NCBI RefSeq assembly: GCF_000186885.1
Contig: NC_014972.1
Span: 3,600,001-3,632,000 of the forward strand
Length of the DNA: 32,000 bases
Direction: 5' to 3'
DNA from: Desulfobulbus propionicus DSM 2032
GTDB lineage: Bacteria > Desulfobacterota > Desulfobulbia > Desulfobulbales > Desulfobulbaceae
Shown: positions 25,935 to 32,000 of the stretch, piece by piece
Layout of the letters: each line of letters starts with the position of its first letter
How positions within the stretch are numbered: position 1 is the stretch's first letter
Notes under the pieces: model-generated
Database searches by the model: none
What the model saw: only the letters and a program-made list of their open reading frames with translations
What the model was told of the DNA's origin: nothing
Made by a program: the position numbers and the translations under genes

Positions 25935-27151
25935 ACCATCCGTTCGGCCACGGAGACGGTCAGTTCGCCGAGCATGTTGGTGTAGCTGCCCAGTTCGTTG
26001 TCATACCAGCCGTAGATAACCGCCTGGGTCAGGGGAACCTCAAGAATGGGCGAAGCGGAGCCGATATCGCACTTGAGGTTCTTCAGATTCTGCAGATTGA
26101 CCCGGATGGAGGCGGTGCGGGTGTGGGTTTCCGAGGACTCGATCACCACTGCGGCCCGCGGCATGCCGATGATATCGGACGAAACGTTCTGTTCCGCCGA
26201 ATAAACCAGATATGGGCTGGTTTTGGCGTATTCCTCATAGATCGAATTCAGCAGGCTGCGTTTGATCGGATTGTCGAGTTCATCCTGAAGGTTGAGCACC
26301 AAGACGATCAGCGAGCCGCTCGAGGTTGGAATGCGGACCGACTCGGCGATGAAACCGATGGATTTCATCTCCGGAATGACCAGCCCCAGGGCCTTGGCCG
26401 CGCCCGTGGTGGTGAGGATGATGTTGTTGAGAATCGAACGGTTTTTGCGCAGGTCGGTGGCCCCGCTGCCCGGCAGGCGATCGAGCACCTGCTGGGTACC
26501 GGTGGCCGCGTGGACCGTGACCATGGAGGCGGACAGCATCCGCTCGGCGCCGAAGTGGTCGAGCAACGGCTTGATCATGTACGACAGGCAGGTGGTGGTG
26601 CAGGAAGCGGCGGAAATGATGTTGTGCCGGGAGGGATCGTAATCGTCATCGTTGATCCCCATCACCGTGGTCACGGCATCCTCGGGCATGTCCAACCCCT
26701 TGGCCTGAATCTTGAAAGGCGCGGACACCAGTACTTTTTCCGCTCCGGCCTGAAGATGGCCTCGGACCGACCCCTTGCCTTCGGCCGGGTCGGCGGTCGG
26801 ATCCTTGAACACACCGGTACTGTCGACCACCAGCCGCACCTGGTTGCCCTGCCAGTCGATATCCTTGGGGTTGCGCGCCTTGCGGAGAAAGGTGACCGGC
26901 ACGCCGTTGATGGTCATCGTGCCCTGCTCCTCGTTCAGGTTTTCGATCACCCGTCCGCCCTTGTGGCCATGCAGATACATGCTGAGACGACCGTAGGTGG
27001 AATCCTTTTCAATGGCGGCGGCGATGTCCGTCAGCCCCGCCCCGACGTTTCTGCCGAGATTGACCACGATCTCGGAGAAATACTGGCGGGAGACATGATG
27101 CCACAGGGTGAGTTTACCGATGCGTCCAAGACCATTGAGCCCGAGTTTCAT
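25931..27151 (-). CDS. gap: Glyceraldehyde-3-phosphate dehydrogenase, long form (~406 aa)
   Basis: AAGGAGA precedes the ATG at 27151 (MKLGLNGLGRIGKL). Catalytic SAASCTTTCL and C-terminal WYDNELGY-like WYDNELGSY. Several insertions relative to the ~335-aa GapA. Confidence 0.9.
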   Translation of the reverse strand: MKLGLNGLGRIGKLTLWHHVSRQYFSEIVVNLGRNVGAGLTDIAAAIEKDSTYGRLSMYLHGHKGGRVIENLNEEQGTMTINGVPVTFLRKARNPKDIDWQGNQVRLVVDSTGVFKDPTADPAEGKGSVRGHLQAGAEKVLVSAPFKIQAKGLDMPEDAVTTVMGINDDDYDPSRHNIISAASCTTTCLSYMIKPLLDHFGAERMLSASMVTVHAATGTQQVLDRLPGSGATDLRKNRSILNNIILTTTGAAKALGLVIPEMKSIGFIAESVRIPTSSGSLIVLVLNLQDELDNPIKRSLLNSIYEEYAKTSPYLVYSAEQNVSSDIIGMPRAAVVIESSETHTRTASIRVNLQNLKNLKCDIGSASPILEVPLTQAVIYGWYDNELGSYTNMLGELTVSVAERMV

Positions 27152-27461
27152 GGGGGGATTCTCCTTTGCGGTTGGATTATGGGAAAGAACTTGGTATATG
27201 CCGGGAAGCATGCGCCGCCTCTTGACCCTGGAGGGAATGGCGCATTTCAATTAAATATAATTATATCAAAAAACAGGAAAGGATAAAACATCAGCGTGCA
27301 GCAGGTGCGGCCTTCGTGGCTGCATGCGTTGTCGAGGATGCTAAGCTACATGATTCGGGCGAGAATTACCAGCCCATCGCCGAGTTTCTCCCAGATTTTC
27401 CTTTGCCCCCGGTGCGGTGCCCAAACCGCTCGCCGCCGAGGCCGCTGACCCCTCCTTTGCC

Positions 27462-28160
27462 ATGCTCTTGCCCACCCCCTGCCAAACCGGCACCCTCATC
27501 AAACGGTACAAACGGTTTCTTGCCGACATCTGCCTTGACGACGGCCAAACGCTGACCGTGCACTGCCCCAACTCCGGCTCCATGCGCGGCTGCTCCACAC
27601 CCGGAAGCGCGGTGTTGATCAGCCGCTCCGAGAACAGCAAACGCAAATACGCCTGGACCTTGGAAATGGTGCGGGAACAGGGGATTTGGGTCGGTATCCA
27701 TACCGGTCGCACCAATGGTCTGGTCCGCGAGGGGCTGGAAAACGGGGTGATCGACGATTTCGGACCGTTGCGGACCATCACCCCGGAGGTCCGGGTCTCA
27801 GACCGGAGCCGGCTGGACTTCCTCCTGAAGGGCGACCGGGGCACCTCCTACGTGGAAGTGAAGAACTGTTCACTGGCGGAAAAGGGGGTCGCCTTCTTTC
27901 CCGATGCGGTCACCAGCCGCGGGGCCAAACACCTGCATGAACTGGTCCGTTTGGCCGAGGCCGGGCACGGCGCGGCGGTGCTGTTCTGCGTCCAGCGCGG
28001 CGACGCCTTCTGCTGCAAACCGGCGGCCCACATCGACCCGGTGTATGCCCAAACCGTTGTCTGGGCAGCGGACCGAGGAGTCCGCTTTCTCGCCTACCAG
28101 GCGGCGGTGAGCCCGCAGGCCATCATCATCACCCACCGGATTCCTTTTTCCCTTACCTAA
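27462..28160 (+). CDS. sfsA: Sugar fermentation stimulation protein SfsA (nuclease-fold DNA-binding protein)
   Basis: MLLPTPCQTGTLIKRYKRFLADI...VHCPNSGSM...VEVKN are typical of SfsA. Start chosen by similarity of the N-terminus. Confidence 0.85.
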   Translation: MLLPTPCQTGTLIKRYKRFLADICLDDGQTLTVHCPNSGSMRGCSTPGSAVLISRSENSKRKYAWTLEMVREQGIWVGIHTGRTNGLVREGLENGVIDDFGPLRTITPEVRVSDRSRLDFLLKGDRGTSYVEVKNCSLAEKGVAFFPDAVTSRGAKHLHELVRLAEAGHGAAVLFCVQRGDAFCCKPAAHIDPVYAQTVVWAADRGVRFLAYQAAVSPQAIIITHRIPFSLT

Positions 28161-28178
28161 GCGACCAACGGACGTCCC

Positions 28179-28868
28179 ATGAACGAACGACAAGCGGTGG
28201 TGCTGCTCAGCGGCGGCCTCGATTCCACCACGGTTTTGGCCATCGCCCAATCTTTGGGCTTTACCTGCAACTGTCTCAGCTTCCAATACGGCCAGCGACA
28301 GTCGGTCGAACTGGACCGTGCCCGGGTCATCGGCCGTCTTGCCGGGGTGGCGCGGCACCTGGTGCTGCGAGTCGATCTCGACGCCATCGGTGGCTCGGCC
28401 CTGACCACGGCGATCGAGGTGCCCAAGGACCGGCCGTTGAACGAGATGGAACAGGATATCCCGGTTACCTATGTGCCTGGGCGCAATATTCTTTTTCTGG
28501 CGCACGCCCTCTCCTGGGCCGAGGTTCTGGGCGTTTCGGACATCTTTCTTGGCATCAACGCGGTCGACTACAGCGGTTATCCGGACTGCCGGCCTCAATT
28601 CCTCCAGGCCTTCGAGCAGATGGCCAATTTGGGCACCAAGGCGGGGACCACCGGCAGACCTTTTCGTCTGCATGCGCCGCTCATTCAGTTGAGCAAGAAG
28701 GAGATCATTCTCAAGGGAATGGAACTGGGAGTGGACTACAGCCTGACCCACAGCTGCTACGATCCGGCGGGGGACAAGGCGTGCGGCCGCTGTGACGCCT
28801 GCCAGCTCAGGCTGCAGGGATTTCGCGAGGCTGGATTGATCGATCCGGCCCCCTACGTGCAGCGATAA
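28179..28868 (+). CDS. queC: 7-cyano-7-deazaguanine synthase
   Basis: AVVLLSGGLDSTT PP-loop, YVPGRN, and the C-terminal Zn site CYDP...CGRCDAC. Confidence 0.9.
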   Translation: MNERQAVVLLSGGLDSTTVLAIAQSLGFTCNCLSFQYGQRQSVELDRARVIGRLAGVARHLVLRVDLDAIGGSALTTAIEVPKDRPLNEMEQDIPVTYVPGRNILFLAHALSWAEVLGVSDIFLGINAVDYSGYPDCRPQFLQAFEQMANLGTKAGTTGRPFRLHAPLIQLSKKEIILKGMELGVDYSLTHSCYDPAGDKACGRCDACQLRLQGFREAGLIDPAPYVQR

Positions 28869-28879
28869 GCCGCAACGGT

Positions 28880-30160
28880 TCAGGCGGGCAGGCTGTGGCG
28901 GATCGTGCCGCCAACCATGGTCAGCACGGCCCGTCCCTGCAGGGTCCAGCCGAGGAACGGAGTATTGCGGCTCTTGGACATCACTTGGTCGGCGGTATAG
29001 ACAAACTCGCGCTGTGGATCGATCACGGTCAGGTCCGCCGCCAGCCCCGGGGTGAGCGAACCGGCCGGAAGGCCGAGAATGGCCGCCGGTTTGACCGCCA
29101 GCAATTCCACCAGCCGCCGCGCATCGATCACCCCGTCACGCACTAGGGCCAGGGTTAGGGGAAGGGCCGTCTCCAAGCCGATGATCCCGTTGGCTGCCGC
29201 ATCGAACTCCAGCTCTTTTTCCAGGATGGAGTGGGGCGCATGGTCGGTGGCGATGGCATCCAGGGTGCCGTCGGCCAGGGCGGTGCGGATCGCTTCCCGG
29301 TCGGCCGCCGAGCGCAGGGGCGGGTTCATCTTGGTGTTGGTGTCGTAGCCGATCACCGCCTCATCGGTGAGGGTGAAGTAGTGCGGCGCGGTCTCCGCGG
29401 TCACTCGCACCCCCCGTGCCTTGGCCGCGCGGATCAGCTCGATCGACATGGCGGTGCTCACGTGGGCGATATGAACCCGCGCGCCGGTGAACTCGGCCAG
29501 GGCGATTTCGCGGTAGACCATGATCGATTCGGCCGCGGTGGGAATGCCCTTGAGGCCAAGCAGAGTGGAGACCGGCCCCTCGTTCATCACCCCGGTGCTC
29601 AACGAGGGTTCCTCACTGTGCGCAATTACCGGCAGGCCGAAATCAGAGGCGTATTCCAGGGCCCGGCGCATCAACTGACTGTCACGCACAGGTCGGCCGT
29701 CATCGCTGACCGCGACCACCCCAGCCGCCCGCATCTCGCCGAACTCGGCCAGTTGCTTGCCGTCGCTGCCCAAACTGATGGCGCCCACCGGATGAACCCG
29801 GACCGCCGCCTCGCGGGCTCGGGTCAGGATCATAGCGGTGACGGTGGCATTGTCGTTCACCGGCTTGGTGTTGGGCATGCAGGCCACGCCGGTGAAGCCG
29901 CCGCAGGCCGCCGACCGGGCGCCAGACAGAATATCTTCCTTGTATTCCTCGCCCGGTTCGCGCAGATGGACATGCATGTCAATCAGGCCCGGGACCACCC
30001 AGCAGCCCGAGGCGTCAAGCTCCTGCACGTCGGGAGGCACGGGCTGGTCCGGCGCGCCGATGCGGCCGTCGATCACCAGCAGGTCGGCGATTTCGTCTCG
30101 TGAGTTGGCCGGATCGATAATCCGGCCGTTGCGTATGCGCCAGGTCGTGTTCATCGGCAA
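28880..30160 (-). CDS. pyrC: Dihydroorotase (multifunctional-complex type)
   Basis: GLIDMHVHLREPG metal site, ...HVSTAMS..., DHAPH; 426 aa. Confidence 0.9.
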   Translation of the reverse strand: MPMNTTWRIRNGRIIDPANSRDEIADLLVIDGRIGAPDQPVPPDVQELDASGCWVVPGLIDMHVHLREPGEEYKEDILSGARSAACGGFTGVACMPNTKPVNDNATVTAMILTRAREAAVRVHPVGAISLGSDGKQLAEFGEMRAAGVVAVSDDGRPVRDSQLMRRALEYASDFGLPVIAHSEEPSLSTGVMNEGPVSTLLGLKGIPTAAESIMVYREIALAEFTGARVHIAHVSTAMSIELIRAAKARGVRVTAETAPHYFTLTDEAVIGYDTNTKMNPPLRSAADREAIRTALADGTLDAIATDHAPHSILEKELEFDAAANGIIGLETALPLTLALVRDGVIDARRLVELLAVKPAAILGLPAGSLTPGLAADLTVIDPQREFVYTADQVMSKSRNTPFLGWTLQGRAVLTMVGGTIRHSLPA

Positions 30161-30212
30161 CAGGCCTCGGAAAAACGGAAAGGAAGAAAGGATCGGAGCA
30201 GCGGCCGGGCCA

Positions 30213-31145
30213 TCAGGAATTGCCCATGACCAGATACAGCAAGGCCATGCGTACCGCCACGCCGTTGGTCACCTGATCAAGGATCACCGATTGGGGTCCG
30301 TCGGCCACGTCGGGATTGAGTTCCACCCCTCGGTTGACCGGACCGGGATGCATCACCAGGGCATCCGCCTTGGCCAGGGACAGAACCTGGCGGGAAATAC
30401 CGAACTGTCGCGAATACTCGCGCAGGGAGGGCAGCAGCGGATCGTTCTGCCGTTCGCGCTGGATGCGCAGGGCCATGACCACGTCGGCACCGCGAACCGC
30501 CTCTTCGAGCGAGGTGCAGACCTTGGCCCCCAGATGCTCGATGCCTTGGGGAATCAAGGTCCTGGGGCCGTAGAGGTGCACCTCCGAGCCCATGCGGGTG
30601 AAGCCGACGATGTCGGACCGGGCTACCCGGCTGTGGGTGATGTCGCCAATGATGGCGATTTTCAGACCGCTCAGGGTGCCCCGGCGCTCCTTGACGGTCA
30701 TCATGTCCAGCAACCCCTGGGAGGGATGCTCATGGGCGCCGTCGCCGGCGTTGATCACCGCCGCCCGCACGTGGCGGCTAAGCAGCAGCGGCGCCCCAGA
30801 GCAGGCATGGCGGATGATGATGATGTCCGGATGCATGGCCGAGATGTTGCGGGCGGTGTCGGCCAGGGTTTCCCCCTTGGTGGTGCTGCTGGTCGAGGGA
30901 CTGATATTGAAGGTATCAGCGCTCATCCGCTTGGCCGCCACCTCGAACGAGAGGCGGGTGCGGGTCGAGGGCTCGAAGAAGAGGTTGATGATCGTGTGGC
31001 CGCGCAGGGTCGGCACCTTCTTGATCGGCCGGGCCGAGATCTCCTTGAACGAGTCGGCGGTGGTGAGGATATGACTGATATCCTCGCGGGACAGCTGTTC
31101 AATACCCAGGATGTGGCGGTGCAGGAAAGAGTAGCCGGTTGCCAT
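30213..31145 (-). CDS. pyrB: Aspartate carbamoyltransferase catalytic subunit
   Basis: GGAGG precedes the ATG at 31145. [17 protein letters not shown] and HPGPVNRG motifs. Confidence 0.95.
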   Translation of the reverse strand: MATGYSFLHRHILGIEQLSREDISHILTTADSFKEISARPIKKVPTLRGHTIINLFFEPSTRTRLSFEVAAKRMSADTFNISPSTSSTTKGETLADTARNISAMHPDIIIIRHACSGAPLLLSRHVRAAVINAGDGAHEHPSQGLLDMMTVKERRGTLSGLKIAIIGDITHSRVARSDIVGFTRMGSEVHLYGPRTLIPQGIEHLGAKVCTSLEEAVRGADVVMALRIQRERQNDPLLPSLREYSRQFGISRQVLSLAKADALVMHPGPVNRGVELNPDVADGPQSVILDQVTNGVAVRMALLYLVMGNS

Positions 31146-31159
31146 GCTGCCTCCAGCGG

Positions 31160-31882
31160 TCAATGAACGATATCGCCAAGCCGACTCCAGCGGATGGAAC
31201 GAAGCCGGTCCAATGAAAACAGGGACTGCTGCACATCCCACGACCAGTAGATCATCCAGGCCTTGCCGCGAACCGCCTTGAGATCGACAAAGCCCCAGAA
31301 ACGGCCGTCAAAGGAGTTGTCCCGGTTGTCGCCCATGGCGAAGATCTTGCCTGCGGGCACCGTGACCGGACCGAAATTGTCACGCGGATCAAGGCTGGCG
31401 GGGTGAACCAACGGGTCGAGGAACACCCCGTGACGGTCGTCGAACGGCTTGCCGTTGATGAAGATTTTCTTGTCGCGGATCTCGACCGTGTCCCCACCCA
31501 CCGCGATCACCCGCTTGATATAGTCGAGCGACGGATCTCGGGGAAATTGGAACACCACGATGTCGTTGGCCTTGGGCGTGCTGATCGGAATGAGGGTGGT
31601 TCCGGTGAACGGCATCTTGATACCGTAGATGAACTTGCTGACCAGGATGTGGTCACCGATCTGCAGGGTCGGCAGCATCGACCCCGAGGGGATTTTGAAC
31701 GCCTGGATGACGAAGGTGCGGATCACCAGGGCGAGGACAACGGCGATGATGATGGCCTCGATGTTTTCCCGGATCGCGGATTTCTTGGGCTGTTGGGGGG
31801 TATCTGCCACGAATGTGCCTGTAAGTAGAGAGCAAAGTTGAAAAATTTTGCCAAGGCTACCCGATGGGCCGATAAAATTCAA
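31160..31882 (-). CDS. lepB: Signal peptidase I
   Basis: SGSMLPTL (catalytic Ser), [20 protein letters not shown] (Lys), [14 protein letters not shown]. Start uncertain: TTG at 31882 or GTG at 31810, neither with a clear RBS. Confidence 0.9.
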   Translation of the reverse strand: MNFIGPSGSLGKIFQLCSLLTGTFVADTPQQPKKSAIRENIEAIIIAVVLALVIRTFVIQAFKIPSGSMLPTLQIGDHILVSKFIYGIKMPFTGTTLIPISTPKANDIVVFQFPRDPSLDYIKRVIAVGGDTVEIRDKKIFINGKPFDDRHGVFLDPLVHPASLDPRDNFGPVTVPAGKIFAMGDNRDNSFDGRFWGFVDLKAVRGKAWMIYWSWDVQQSLFSLDRLRSIRWSRLGDIVH

Positions 31883-32000
31883 GCAGGTTTTGCCGGGAAT
31901 CTCCGGTGAATATCCCTAGGGCTTCGCCCCAATTCGGGTATACTGTGGGTATTTGAAACAAGACCGGTAGCTTGACCTTTCCCTCATCCTCCAAGGAGTG

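Noticed and set aside
23665-27286. Large + strand ORFs opposite tpiA, pgk, rimI and gap (238, 296 and 605 aa, among others)
   Set aside because: They are antisense to unmistakable housekeeping genes and have R/G/P/H-rich compositions with no motifs.
27870-31166. ORFs 27870-28751 (-, 293 aa), 29231-30103 (+, 290 aa) and 29838-31166 (+, 442 aa)
   Set aside because: They are antisense shadows of sfsA/queC, pyrC and pyrB, with low-complexity G/R/A/D-rich translations.
31859-32000. Open minus-strand frame from the window edge to TAG at ~31859, upstream of lepB
   Set aside because: The 47 codons bear no resemblance to the LepA C-terminus or to anything else I recognise, so I cannot tell whether it is coding or UTR.
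1-32000. CRISPR arrays, rRNA genes, or other long tandem-repeat arrays
   Set aside because: I saw no regularly spaced direct repeats or rRNA-like sequence. The only tandem repeat noticed is the pentanucleotide run in vapC.

Overview
Three blocks from a Gram-negative, fairly GC-rich bacterium; GC statements are by eye and no taxon can be proven from the window. (i) 1-5.6 kb holds a ~294-nt structured leader and a translationally coupled operon: DUF2162-like membrane protein, MotA/TolQ/ExbB-like channel, DUF2149-like protein and a TonB-dependent receptor. An AT-richer pair follows, a Zn-ribbon ORF and hldD. (ii) 5.9-23.0 kb is an accessory mosaic. A NusA-like ORF is coupled to a coupling-protein-like ATPase that is cut off by a 5'-deleted IS21 copy (istA/istB). 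That copy is itself cut off against a 36-codon tyrosine-recombinase fragment, followed by an intact IS3-family element and mrr. An AT-richer mobilizable-island module follows: two tandem acidic paralogous small genes, an inverted-repeat cluster (oriT candidate), a MobA/MobL-like relaxase, a coupled hypothetical gene, an IHF/HU gene and a flavodoxin-ferredoxin fusion. It continues with an AbiEi/AbiEii-like pair (toxin frameshifted), a 329-aa antitoxin-like protein with a PIN toxin broken inside a pentanucleotide repeat, and a 3'-truncated integrase beside tRNA-Leu(GAG). (iii) 23.0-32 kb is core housekeeping: secG, tpiA, pgk, rimI, gap, sfsA, queC, pyrC, pyrB, lepB. I saw no CRISPR array or rRNA. 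Best leads: the acidic paralog pair beside the oriT-like region and opposite mrr; a 14-bp perfect palindrome present three times; the repeat-disrupted vapC with its oversized partner; and the NusA-like/ATPase pair. All family names come from motif recognition by eye, not from searches.
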